Source: an uncultured Planctomycetales bacterium
Lineage (GTDB): Bacteria > Omnitrophota > Gorgyraeia > Zapsychrales > JANLHA01
Direction of reading: 5' to 3'
Length of the DNA: 64,000 bases
Assembly (NCBI GenBank): GCA_964374105.1
Contig: CAYJXI010000003.1
Location: forward strand, 13,336 to 77,335
Both the position numbers and the translations under genes were made by a program. Of the stretch, positions 1 to 9,363 are shown one piece after another. The notes beneath the pieces were generated by a model. It worked only from the letters and a program-made list of their open reading frames with translations, was not told the DNA's origin and made no database searches. Position 1 is the stretch's first letter. Every line of letters begins with the position of its first letter.

Positions 1-1159
1 TTAAATCACTCTTCCATTGTGATAACAATTTTTTTCTAAATTTGAAGAATGTGTAAAAAATTGCGCTGATCATTTGTGGACGCAGTCCATATCGTTTAAT
101 GGTAATAAAAAGCGAATGAATAGCCTTATTGTACTTCCCTCGTCGGATTGTGCTTCCCAAACTTTCGCAGTAAAACTCGAATCGTAATGGGATACACTCG
201 TGAAATTTTAACCATGCATTATCAAATCCTTCAGTCAGCACAACACTGACACATTCAACTAGTCTATCTGGAGAGCATTCTGTCATTTCAATGATGGAAT
301 TGGTCGGCAGCCCCCTATACTTATAATCGTAAACAAAGGAAGCAAATACGGAAGTGTAAGCTCTTAACAATTGGATCATGGGAAGTGGTCTTGCCCAATC
401 AGATGTGCTAAGCCATGAAATACCACTTGAACAACCGATTAGCAAAGAACAATATTTAGTTAATTCGGCATTTTCACGAAAAGACAATATACTTCCATCA
501 ACAATTGATGGATGAGATGACTGTACAGAGTTATGAGAAGAAAGTATGATGCTGATATTTTGGAATTTTTCGACAAGTTTTTCGGCAGCTTGCAATGCAA
601 AACTCTGGCTTACAAATGATTGCCCACTATTTGCTAAATGTTCGAATAAGATAACATTGGATTTATGGGAAAGTTGATAAGCCTCTATGAATTGGCGGAC
701 TTTTTCGACCTCTTTAGGTGAAAGTCGAATAATAGGATTATCTGGTACTGTAATAGGTCTTGGATAGGCTCGGAAAATTGAAGAACGTACTGTCCCATCA
801 AAATTTTGATAGTTGTCCGGATCGATCTGAGTGAGAAAAATTTCATCGAATTCTCCGCACTTTTTACGATCCCATGCTTCTCTTTCCAACTTTTGCCATG
901 CATCAAACATCTGTGCATAATTTGATAAGGGGATTTCCCAAATTTGGTCAACGTAAGGATTGCCATCCAGAATTGATTTATACGCTGAACCAATAGCCCA
1001 AGTCAGATGGCAATCAGGATAATCCTTTTTAATCTGATGTGCGATAGTTGTGGCAAAAAGGCAGTCCCCATAGGAACCAAGATGACCAAGCAATATTCGT
1101 TTCGGTTTTTGAGAAGTTTCAAGAATGGGGTTAATATCTTTTTTTTTAGAAAGTCGCAT
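1..1159 (-). CDS. Glycosyltransferase family 9 (ADP-heptose:LPS heptosyltransferase-like). The 3' end runs past the left window edge.
   Basis: Hand translation shows an uninterrupted minus-strand frame from the ATG at 1157-1159 down to position 2 with no stop in the window. The ORF track misses it; track ORF 685..993 is an out-of-frame shadow. The N-terminus KRILLGHLGSYGDCLFATTIAHQIKKDYPDCHLTWAIGS and the later LLIGCSSGISWLST resemble GT9 heptosyltransferases. Confidence 0.55.
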   Translation of the reverse strand, partial: MRLSKKKDINPILETSQKPKRILLGHLGSYGDCLFATTIAHQIKKDYPDCHLTWAIGSAYKSILDGNPYVDQIWEIPLSNYAQMFDAWQKLEREAWDRKKCGEFDEIFLTQIDPDNYQNFDGTVRSSIFRAYPRPITVPDNPIIRLSPKEVEKVRQFIEAYQLSHKSNVILFEHLANSGQSFVSQSFALQAAEKLVEKFQNISIILSSHNSVQSSHPSIVDGSILSFRENAELTKYCSLLIGCSSGISWLSTSDWARPLPMIQLLRAYTSVFASFVYDYKYRGLPTNSIIEMTECSPDRLVECVSVVLTEGFDNAWLKFHECIPLRFEFYCESLGSTIRRGKYNKAIHSLFITIKRYGLRPQMISAIFYTFFKFRKKLLSQWKSDL

Positions 1160-1957
1160 GATGAAAATCCCGTGGTTTATAAGTCATCATCATTTTTGCC
1201 AGTTCCAGCAAGTGTTCAACAAGAGTAAAGCCCAGAGAATTTAAGGCCTTTGGATTAGAGATGAGACATTTTACTCGCATATAACTCCTTCATGAAGTCT
1301 GACTTAATTTCATCAAGGTTTCCCTATAATACCGGAACATAATACCAACCAATTCTCAGCCGTATAGGAATTTTTGAACTAATAATAGTTTCAAATACAT
1401 TGTTTGGGATGATTAGGGAAAAATATCTTTTACGGTATCAGCTGCGAACGACCATCTTTTTGGGACAGAAGTATCTCCCAGTTTTATTATTTCATTTTTA
1501 CTGTTGGCAATATGCAATATGCTGTGTCTCGCTCACAACCATATGGCTAATATGGTTTGGTTTGTGTAAATGACCTTTATCATGAGAAAAGTAACCCACA
1601 AAGGCTTTGAATCCTAAAGAATGGGAATATCAAGTTGCCTACACGGATTGAATAATGGCCACCAAGTAGGACTATTCCTTTCAAAGAGGGCATTTTTTGA
1701 ATAGGTTTCTCAAGATTTTTAAATTGAACACCTCTTCCTGTAATGAAAACCTTTGTATTGGGACTATGGATTTTAATGGGTTCGAGAATATTCAGAGTAA
1801 CTGTCGAGATTGTCTCATGATTCTCAAATAAGGCATCATGTCTGGTTGTTGAATAATAACGAGATGGAAAATTATAGGTAGATTTATATACTGCTCCCCA
1901 TTAACAGAATAAGTGGTTTAAGGTAGAATAAGGCTCCAAAACAAGGAGGCTTATTCA

Positions 1958-2233
1958 ATGCAAAAACGTAAATGGACCAGTCAACAAAAACTACAAATCG
2001 TGCTTGAAGGCTTATCCGGCTCAATCGAAATCAGCAAATTATGTTCCAAATATCAAATCGGGCAAACGCAATACTATCAATGGCGCGATCATTTACTGAA
2101 ATTCGGCCACCAAGCCTTTGAAACCAAAAACATCACCAAGAAAGAACAGCATTTAGAAAGCCAAGTTACCAAACTCAAAAGGATCATCGGCGATATGACT
2201 ATTGAGTTAAAAAAAAGCGAATACGAACTATGA
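1958..2233 (+). CDS. IS3-family transposase OrfA (HTH DNA-binding part).
   Basis: A 91-aa protein with WTSQQKLQIVLE and YYQWRD HTH-like motifs, typical of IS3 OrfA. It overlaps OrfB by ATGA. Confidence 0.8.
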   Translation: MQKRKWTSQQKLQIVLEGLSGSIEISKLCSKYQIGQTQYYQWRDHLLKFGHQAFETKNITKKEQHLESQVTKLKRIIGDMTIELKKSEYEL

Positions 2234-3015
2234 AAAGAGCCCAATCCTTATCCGTCGCTAAACGCAACCAAGAATTACTTGAAAAAATCAAAGAAATCAA
2301 AACCGACCACCCTCTCTGGGGTTATCGCCGTATCTGGTCGTATTTAAAATACCGTCAAGGAATAGCGGTTAATAAAAAACGTATCTACCGGATTATGAAA
2401 GAACAAGACTTAATCGTCACTAAACTCGTGCGTCTCAAGGCTAAGCGCGGGCCGATGCGCCCCAAACCGCACGCTGACCGCCCCAATCAATTCTGGGGCA
2501 TTGATATGACCAAAATCAAATTGGCTTCCTGGGGTTGGTTGTACCTGTGCGTCGTTTTAGACTGGCACACCAAAGAAATCATCGGCCACTCTTTGTCTCT
2601 ACGTTCTAAAACTGAAGATTGGCTCGACGCTTTACAAATGGCCGTCAATAACCGATTCCCCAACGGCGTCCGTGAATCGCTCAAAGATCAGAAATTATTT
2701 TTAATATCCGATAACGGCTGCCAACCCACATCACAACGATTCATGATGAACTGTTCCATCCTGGGCGTTAAACAAATCTTTACAACCTGGTCAAACCCCA
2801 AAGGCAATTCGGATACTGAACGTGTCATGCGCACCATCAAAGAAGATATTGTCTGGTGTTACGACTGGGATCATCCATTTAATTTTCAAATCGCTTTAAC
2901 CAAATGGATCAATGATTACAATACCGACTTCCCACACCAATCGTTAAACAACATGACACCAAGTCAATTTTATGAACAATTTTTGTCAAATAACAGCGAG
3001 CTAGTTCTACCTTAA
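2230..3015 (+). CDS. IS3-family transposase OrfB (DDE integrase core).
   Basis: DRPNQFWGIDMT, ISDNGCQ and TERVMRTIKED integrase-core motifs. The C-terminal FPHQSLNNMTPSQFYE is typical of IS3/rve-domain transposases. Confidence 0.85.
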   Translation: MKRAQSLSVAKRNQELLEKIKEIKTDHPLWGYRRIWSYLKYRQGIAVNKKRIYRIMKEQDLIVTKLVRLKAKRGPMRPKPHADRPNQFWGIDMTKIKLASWGWLYLCVVLDWHTKEIIGHSLSLRSKTEDWLDALQMAVNNRFPNGVRESLKDQKLFLISDNGCQPTSQRFMMNCSILGVKQIFTTWSNPKGNSDTERVMRTIKEDIVWCYDWDHPFNFQIALTKWINDYNTDFPHQSLNNMTPSQFYEQFLSNNSELVLP

Positions 3016-3206
3016 AATTCCCTTGCTTAATGGGGTGCATTACATTTACGCTTTTTAACTAAATGTTGAACTTCCTCATAAGAAAAAATATCAATATTTA
3101 TTTATTGACCAGATCGGGACACCACTATCGTCTCAATCCTATCGGCTTCACACAGAATGTTGAGATAGTAAACGCCACTGACCATTAGATTACAAGATAA
3201 TCGCAT

Positions 3207-4763
3207 TCATATCTTCTTTTTCTGAAATACCAATGTTGCAAATGTATACTGACATCCCCCATAAGAGAAGTCGGGATCAGGGCAGTCCCATTGAGGAGAA
3301 TCCACAAGCGAACAATCTTTTAATAATGGAAGAATCCTTTGGTTAAAATCCTTTTGTGTATAAAAACGAAAGTCTTCTTGCGGGATTCGATCCCCCGGTT
3401 TGTAATGGTCATTATAGTCACAGGTAAGAATTGTGATGCCACCCGGGGTAAGAAGTTCTATTATTTGTTTTATAAATAGTTCATCATTTTTTACATGCTC
3501 AAGAACGGATGTTGAGAAGATGATATGATAACTACCCTTCTTAGTGGATGGTTTGTGAAAAAATTCGTCCAAATTATAATTCAGCAAGGGATCAATTTCA
3601 TCTATACGGAAGCCTAATCGCTTCAATGCAGCTGCTGCTGTATCTTCATAGCTACCAACACACAGGACTTTGGGTAATGCAAATTTTGATGCGAACTTAT
3701 ATACGGTATCAAGGACAAATGCTTGTTGAATATTTGCTTCGGGTATTTTGCGTGCCATCATGTTGGGTACTAGAGTAAACAATGTATCTATCGATGGTTT
3801 ATATTGTATTCGTGCGGTATTATCCAATATTCGATTGAGTGATAATCCATCGGGAAGCAAAACAGGAGAATATTGAGCATTTTCTGATTCTGAGGATCCT
3901 CGATAACCATTTTTTATTTTTAGAATCCACGACATCCTCGGTCTTTGTAATATTTCCTTGCGTACCATGGATTGAATTTTTTGAATAAAGGACAATGGAT
4001 TCTTGGCTTTATCAGATTGTCTATGGAACACTTTTTCAAGAATCCGTTCATAATCCCAAATGAAGTTTGTCTCACTCCAATCGTTGTAAAAATGAGAAAG
4101 CGGTTCAAATCCATGCTTAATAATTTGTCTTAAAGTAGAATCTTCAATGCAAATGGATGGGATCGCTGGGATTATGTGCCTGAACATACTGCTCTTTGCA
4201 ATGGTAAGGGGTCTTTGCACGGCAATAGCATAATCTATGACACTGGATATCCCTCGACCAAGATATTTGTCATAAAAGAAAGCATTAATTGTATTTTGTG
4301 CCAGAAAATCTAACAATTGTTTTTTATCAAGAAAATCATGATTGATTATTAGCTTAATGCCCGGCTTTTTAATCAGCTTTTTACATTGCATTGCAATTAG
4401 CATGGCATGCTGACCATCGTTATCACAAAATTGGCCAAAGGGGATATGTAATCTTATAATCGCCTCATCAAACTCATCTTGTGTAGTAAGAATGACCCGC
4501 TCAAATCCTTTTCCTGTAATTCCAAAACCAAAACTGCCGATAGTAGGAACTTCTGGAAATTTGTAAGTATTAAGGTATTGTGGGATAAGTCTTCCGGTTT
4601 TAAACACAATTGGATTCCTGAGGAGTAAAGTCGGATCAGGAGCTATATAATATTGAAAAGAGTTGCTATTTGCTAAATCGGCACTTTCTTGTGTAACTTC
4701 ATGCATAATACCAATGGTGGGGAGGTGGAACTGTTTGATTAATTTTCTATTTAGCCATGGCAA
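3207..4763 (-). CDS. Two-domain sugar-modifying protein. The N-terminal part is glycosyltransferase-like; the C-terminal part is a class I SAM-dependent methyltransferase.
   Basis: The C-terminal VLCVGSYEDTAAAALKRLGF...ILTCDYN matches SAM-binding motifs I and post-I. The called start is TTG. The in-frame upstream sequence (4764-4979) encodes RILIISHKEQRCGVHQYGINIAEALKK, a typical glycosyltransferase N-terminus, with no ATG, so the true start is unclear. Confidence 0.5.
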   Translation of the reverse strand: MPWLNRKLIKQFHLPTIGIMHEVTQESADLANSNSFQYYIAPDPTLLLRNPIVFKTGRLIPQYLNTYKFPEVPTIGSFGFGITGKGFERVILTTQDEFDEAIIRLHIPFGQFCDNDGQHAMLIAMQCKKLIKKPGIKLIINHDFLDKKQLLDFLAQNTINAFFYDKYLGRGISSVIDYAIAVQRPLTIAKSSMFRHIIPAIPSICIEDSTLRQIIKHGFEPLSHFYNDWSETNFIWDYERILEKVFHRQSDKAKNPLSFIQKIQSMVRKEILQRPRMSWILKIKNGYRGSSESENAQYSPVLLPDGLSLNRILDNTARIQYKPSIDTLFTLVPNMMARKIPEANIQQAFVLDTVYKFASKFALPKVLCVGSYEDTAAAALKRLGFRIDEIDPLLNYNLDEFFHKPSTKKGSYHIIFSTSVLEHVKNDELFIKQIIELLTPGGITILTCDYNDHYKPGDRIPQEDFRFYTQKDFNQRILPLLKDCSLVDSPQWDCPDPDFSYGGCQYTFATLVFQKKKI

Positions 4764-5003
4764 GGTTGTTGGATGATAATTGTAAATAATGGCCGATGGT
4801 TCTATGCTGTGAATCGCATTAAATAACTCTTGCGGGTTTGAACACTCGGTATAAACAAAAAGGTATTTCGTTGATTTTTTTAGTGCTTCCGCAATATTTA
4901 TTCCGTATTGATGAACTCCGCAACGTTGTTCTTTATGTGAAATGATTAGAATTCTTGTGTTCGTATGCTTTGTCTCTTTCTAATGTTTATAAATTTTCTT
5001 TTT

Positions 5004-6263
5004 TTATTTTTTGATAATCTCAATAGTCGGGAGCGGAAATATCAAGCCAACCCCGCTTTGGAGCATCCCTTGCTCACGTTCTATAAACTCTTCTTTAAAA
5101 TGCCATGGTAAAACAAGATAATAGTCGGGGTTCATCGCACGTGACTCTTCTTCACTGACAATAGGAATGTCCGTTCCCAGAGTATGTGCTCCATATTTAT
5201 CGGGATTGCGTTCCGCAGCCACATCGATAATACGATGATCAATCCCACACCATTGAAGGATTGTATTTCCTTTGGTTGATGCACCATAGATATGAATTTT
5301 CTTCCCCTCCTTTTTTAGCTTTTTAAGAAGCGAGGTAAGTTCTTCTTTGTGAATATTAATGCGTTCTTGAAAATTTTTATACGGTTTATCGGTATCTAAT
5401 TCAAGGTCGAATTCTTCTTGGCGCAAGGTTTTGATGTTTTGAATAAACTCGTCTTTTTTATAGATAAAATTATCCGTATGAGTGGCATAGCAACGAATAC
5501 TGCCGCCATTAATTGTATTCTGTGTGACGTCAAAAACTTTCATCCCTGCCTGTTTCAAAATATACTCAATGACCGCCAAGCTATAATACTCTAAATGCTC
5601 ATGACAGATTGTGTCGTAGGAAGTCATCCTAAGCATAGTTGGCATGTATGACATTTCGAAAATCCATACACCATCAGGTGCAAGAATACTCTTAATCTCC
5701 TTCGTAAATTGAATTGGATTTTCAAGGTCATAAAACATGGCGATAGCGGTGATGATGTCGAATTGTTTATTTTGCATACGGGTTTTTAATTCATCCGTTG
5801 GAAAAATATCACGGATCACTATAATGTTACCTTGAATTTCTTGAGCTATGTCAGAGGGATCCACGCCGAATTTTTCAAATTCCTGAGGATAACATTTAAG
5901 CAGTGTCCCATCATTGCACCCAATATCTAGGACGCGGGCTTTAGGTTTTCGAAAGATAGTAACAGCTTCATTAACAATACCCTTTAAATGCTCCCGCATA
6001 GTTTTGTTGGTACCAGAACGATACCAGTAAGCAGAGTAAAGAACCTCTGGAGGGACTGTGTGTTCCATCTGTAGTAGTCCACAGGCCAGTTCATCTTTCA
6101 TGGGATCGCATCGCACAAGCGATGTAGCTATTTTTCGTGTCGGTGGCATTTGTTTGCCGGGCTTTACAAATGAACCTTGCAGATATTGTTCGCCAAGATC
6201 AATGACTTTGGTCAGAGCGCATGAACCACAAACACGACAATTCTTTCGGTGAATTAAATGCAT
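5004..6263 (-). CDS. SAM-dependent sugar C-methyltransferase (TylCIII-like) with an N-terminal zinc ribbon.
   Basis: The N-terminal CRVCGS...C motif is a zinc ribbon. VLDIGCNDGTLL is SAM motif I. The C-terminal domain with IYGASTKGNTILQ resembles the C-methyltransferase C-terminal domain of NDP-hexose methyltransferases. Confidence 0.55.
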   Translation of the reverse strand: MHLIHRKNCRVCGSCALTKVIDLGEQYLQGSFVKPGKQMPPTRKIATSLVRCDPMKDELACGLLQMEHTVPPEVLYSAYWYRSGTNKTMREHLKGIVNEAVTIFRKPKARVLDIGCNDGTLLKCYPQEFEKFGVDPSDIAQEIQGNIIVIRDIFPTDELKTRMQNKQFDIITAIAMFYDLENPIQFTKEIKSILAPDGVWIFEMSYMPTMLRMTSYDTICHEHLEYYSLAVIEYILKQAGMKVFDVTQNTINGGSIRCYATHTDNFIYKKDEFIQNIKTLRQEEFDLELDTDKPYKNFQERINIHKEELTSLLKKLKKEGKKIHIYGASTKGNTILQWCGIDHRIIDVAAERNPDKYGAHTLGTDIPIVSEEESRAMNPDYYLVLPWHFKEEFIEREQGMLQSGVGLIFPLPTIEIIKK

Positions 6264-6282
6264 TTGTTGCCTCCTCTAAAAT

Positions 6283-6732
6283 TTATTTACTCCTATGGAG
6301 TCGTTCAATCATAGTTCGGAATTGTTGATCAATTTTGTCAATACATTGATTGCGTTTTAGATTTAGAAGGGCTAGCCGTTTGACAACGGCATCTTTTTCT
6401 TTTAGAGGTACTTTTTCAAATTCATAAACTTTTTCCTGTTCATGCCATAGATTACAATTGACAGTGGTGAGTTCGGACAATAATTCTCCTATATTGCCTT
6501 GAATTTCATCAATCACGTTTCCTTCTTTTTTAAAGACTTTGTTAGAAGCGAACGTCAATCGTTCTAAGGGAATAAGCCCAGTAATAGCCCCTTGAAAGAA
6601 CTCATTAATTTCTTCTTGAAGTTGTTTTTCTTGAGTCGCAAGGCTTTTTTGGTGTTCCGGATTATCGGAATGCCATTGTTTAAGTTTGACGACTGTTAAT
6701 TTATCGCATAAGGATCCAAGTGTTTCGGCCAT
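6283..6732 (-). CDS. Hypothetical protein (149 aa), conserved-looking, in the polysaccharide locus.
   Basis: Clean ORF, no recognizable catalytic motif. Its position suggests co-transcription with the methyltransferase. Confidence 0.4.
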   Translation of the reverse strand: MAETLGSLCDKLTVVKLKQWHSDNPEHQKSLATQEKQLQEEINEFFQGAITGLIPLERLTFASNKVFKKEGNVIDEIQGNIGELLSELTTVNCNLWHEQEKVYEFEKVPLKEKDAVVKRLALLNLKRNQCIDKIDQQFRTMIERLHRSK

Positions 6733-6917
6733 GCTTTACCTCACGAACCCCTTTTATAATGAATAATCAAAAGATAAAATGTATTAAATAAATATTTCTA
6801 GCTATAAATAATTTTAGTAATCAATATAACATTCTTTTTTTCTAGTGTCTATATTGAGCAAAACTATTAATTTGCTGGATACATAATTTCTATTCCATAT
6901 GTTTTAAAAGACTTATG

Positions 6918-8228
6918 TCATAACTTCAATTTTAAAGGCGTAATTATTGCATATAACATTAATTTTAAATTATGTCTAGCTTTGGAATAGAAAAGGTCGA
7001 TAATAAATATAGTTATTGAGAACGAGACTATACTAGCCCATATTGCACCAAAGCTATGATATTTTGGGATCAGAATGTAATTAAGAAGAACGTTGAGGAA
7101 AGCCCCAATCACTGATGTTAATAATGAATAACGGAATAGATTTTCATTTATAATAAATAATAGATTCTTTGCGATACCAAAATTCGCGAAAAAAAGCCTG
7201 ATGCTTAGAAGTGAAAGCAATGCAGCAGAATATTCGTAAGCATTACCGTAAATTGTAAGAACAATAATTTTTGCAAGGAAAAAAATTGGTATCGCCGAAA
7301 AAAGAAAAAATAAAAACATCAGGCGATAATTGTTAAGAAGATAATTATAATATTGAGCATTATCATTCATTTGTGCGCGTGTTATAGCAGGAGCGATAGA
7401 GTTGCAAACTACAGTTGGGAGTAAGATAAAAATTTCTATGACCTTCAAAGCGGCAGAATATTGGCCGACCTCTTCATCCCCCAGCATTTGTCCTAGCATT
7501 ATCTGATCCATATATGATTGAATGAACAAAGCAAATGCGCTTAGCATCGCCGGCCAGCAATTTATAAGTAAAATCCTTGTCCTTTCTAAAGTCGCTTGAA
7601 ATATCTTAAGAGATCTCCCGTAAATTCGATAGGCGACTGTGAATGCTACCGCTTGTAAGAGAAGTTCTAGCCAAAAAATCCAGGCAAATGTTATTAAAGG
7701 AGTTTTTGAAACGACTAAAAGCACTTTTAGTAGAGAGATAATGAAGAAAACCAATATTTTTGCAATAACAGTATACTTAGACTGTACTTGAGATTGAAAC
7801 CAAAAGTCAACAACTTCAAATGCTGTAAAGATATAGCTTGCGGCAATAATACCTACCAACCACCATGTCAGCGTGTCTGAAGAACGTAAGGTTATAATCA
7901 CACCAAGACAGATACATAAAACAAGTATACCTCCGAAAAACTTAAGGATAAAGACAGTTGCTAATATTTCATCTGTTTTATCTTGTTCTTTTACAAGATC
8001 ACGAACAACAATACCTCTGAGACCTAAATCGGCCAGAATACCAGCAATGAAGACAAAGGCAGTAGCAAAATTCAATTTACCGTATTGTTCTGGACCCAAA
8101 TAACGCGCGATCAAACCTACAAGAAAAAGACCAAGAATGCTACGCAGGATATTTTCCACTAAAAGCCAGGATGAATTGACAAGATATTTCCCTACAACGT
8201 TTTGTTTTAATATAGAGAAAAATGACAT
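6918..8228 (-). CDS. Oligosaccharide/O-antigen flippase (Wzx-like, MOP superfamily).
   Basis: A 436-aa polytopic membrane protein with about 12 TM segments. The N-terminus LVGLIARYLGPEQYGKLNFA is characteristic of polysaccharide biosynthesis protein/Wzx. Confidence 0.7.
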   Translation of the reverse strand: MSFFSILKQNVVGKYLVNSSWLLVENILRSILGLFLVGLIARYLGPEQYGKLNFATAFVFIAGILADLGLRGIVVRDLVKEQDKTDEILATVFILKFFGGILVLCICLGVIITLRSSDTLTWWLVGIIAASYIFTAFEVVDFWFQSQVQSKYTVIAKILVFFIISLLKVLLVVSKTPLITFAWIFWLELLLQAVAFTVAYRIYGRSLKIFQATLERTRILLINCWPAMLSAFALFIQSYMDQIMLGQMLGDEEVGQYSAALKVIEIFILLPTVVCNSIAPAITRAQMNDNAQYYNYLLNNYRLMFLFFLFSAIPIFFLAKIIVLTIYGNAYEYSAALLSLLSIRLFFANFGIAKNLLFIINENLFRYSLLTSVIGAFLNVLLNYILIPKYHSFGAIWASIVSFSITIFIIDLFYSKARHNLKLMLYAIITPLKLKL

Positions 8229-8283
8229 TATGAGAAGAGGTTTTATACTGCCCCCAATTGATAGAATAAAGCTTTATTAATTC

Positions 8284-8349
8284 TAATTTATTCTCTCTCG
8301 ATATTTTTCAATTATTTTTAATGTGTTGTCCGTTGATTTACCATCGATA
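8284..8349 (-). pseudogene. GT2 glycosyltransferase remnant, downstream piece (DGKSTDNTLKIIEKYRERIN then stop).
   Basis: Immediately outside the IS982 left end, the minus strand encodes DGKSTDNTLKIIEKY, the canonical GT2 DDGSTDNT motif. The frame hits a stop after 21 codons, about 55 nt before the flippase start, so the rest of the gene is lost. Confidence 0.55.
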
Positions 8350-9362
8350 ATAACGTGAGTTCGACATAACGGTTAAGCTAAAAGGCCCAAAGAATAAACT
8401 TCCGGATACCTGATGGAAGGTTTCTTGGGAAAAAAAGTATAAGCTACTAAGCCCGAAAACAAATTAACCAGAAAGTTGGCTGGACTGCGATGTCGGGTGT
8501 GTTCAATCTGACACATATTCTTGAGTTCATCGTTAAAGCTTTCGATCAAAGCCCGTTTACGCAACAAGAGTTTATCCATCAACGGCATGAGTTTGTTGGC
8601 CATATTCTTTTTCAGTTTGGTGATTAATTGAATACCTCGTTTGAACAAGAATTGAAACAGTGGATTTGAAAGATAACCTTTATCACCAAATAGTTTACCA
8701 ATAATGTTCTTTGTTAAAGTTTTTATTAAGGACCGATCACGATCATCAACATTGCCTGGGGTTAACATCGTTGAGAGAAGTTCGCCTTTTTCGTTGACGA
8801 TCAAATGCAATTTGAAGCCATAAAACCAACCCATCGATGTCTTACCTCTTTGGGCTATTGGTTTAAACGTTTTATGTTGATGAATCCTGCGGTTGTGGCA
8901 GACCTTAAGGGTTGCGGAATCGAAAAAAGATATTCCAGTGACTTTCCCAAATCGGCAACGTTGCAGATACGTGATCAATGGGACCAGAACTCCTGGCATC
9001 AATTCCACAAACCGATTGTAACTGACTAAGCCAGGAAATTCACGGCGCAGATTTTGGGAAACGTATTTGATGTAATAATTTTTGAAAGTTCGGAATCCCG
9101 ACATATGAAAATTTATCACGATCGTCATAATTTCGCTTAAACACAAACTGCAGGGCTTGATACGTTTGGCCAAACCCTGCTTGAGTAAAAATCTTTGCCA
9201 AAATCGAAGAAATGCTTTACAAAAGTTATCAATCTCATAGAATATGTTCAGTAACATTAGGACCTCCTTGTGTTGGTTGTATTTGCTGTACAACTACTTA
9301 TAACACTAGAGGTCCTTCTTTTTTATCGGAATCTTAATTTTCTTATGTCGAGCTCACGTTAT
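8350..9362 (-). mobile_element. IS982-family insertion sequence, about 1.0 kb.
   Basis: 20-bp terminal inverted repeats ATAACGTGAGTTCGACATAA (8350-8369) and TTATGTCGAGCTCACGTTAT (9343-9362) match at 19 of 20 positions. They bracket a single DDE transposase gene. Confidence 0.75.
8373..9257 (-). CDS. IS982-family DDE transposase.
   Basis: The protein has DSATLKVCHNRRI...GDKGYLS, typical of IS982 transposases. The likely start is the internal ATG (MLLNIFYE), which is preceded by AAGGAGG. The track's longer TTG start at 9293 is rejected. Confidence 0.8.
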   Translation of the reverse strand: MLLNIFYEIDNFCKAFLRFWQRFLLKQGLAKRIKPCSLCLSEIMTIVINFHMSGFRTFKNYYIKYVSQNLRREFPGLVSYNRFVELMPGVLVPLITYLQRCRFGKVTGISFFDSATLKVCHNRRIHQHKTFKPIAQRGKTSMGWFYGFKLHLIVNEKGELLSTMLTPGNVDDRDRSLIKTLTKNIIGKLFGDKGYLSNPLFQFLFKRGIQLITKLKKNMANKLMPLMDKLLLRKRALIESFNDELKNMCQIEHTRHRSPANFLVNLFSGLVAYTFFPKKPSIRYPEVYSLGLLA

Positions 9363-9363
9363 A

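Larger units (their letters stand above)
1892..3039 (+). mobile_element. IS3-family insertion sequence, about 1.15 kb.
   Basis: Imperfect terminal inverted repeats: TGCTCCCCATTAACAG at 1892 versus the reverse complement of GCTTAATGGGGTGCA ending at 3039. They bracket the OrfA/OrfB transposase pair. An A8G slippery run at 2209-2217 would allow a -1 frameshift into the OrfB frame. Confidence 0.7.

Noticed and set aside
685-993. Track ORF of 102 aa on the minus strand.
   Set aside because: It lies in a different frame inside the longer uninterrupted GT9 reading frame (1..1159) that runs off the window edge. It has no motifs and starts with TTG.
1007-1228. Plus-strand 73-aa ORF.
   Set aside because: It is antisense to the GT9 gene start and has no RBS or domain features: a shadow ORF.
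1892-3039. Target-site duplication for the IS3 element.
   Set aside because: The flanking triplets (TAC and TTA) do not match. The exact termini or target duplication cannot be fixed without related IS copies.
3548-3778. Plus-strand ORFs inside minus-strand genes (also 6058..6252, 7873..8103, 9678..9875, 11265..11462, 15099..15455, 17277..17768, 19419..19783, 20572..20833, the 22991..23633 group, 32796..33185, 44804..45157, 53423..54060, 55498..55776 and others).
   Set aside because: All are antisense overlaps of well-supported minus-strand genes with low-complexity translations. They are typical shadow ORFs in a strand-biased genome.
8373-9293. Long TTG-initiated form of the IS982 transposase (306 aa).
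   Set aside because: An internal ATG at 9257 is preceded by a consensus AAGGAGG RBS, and the extra 12 N-terminal residues precede it. The shorter form is preferred.
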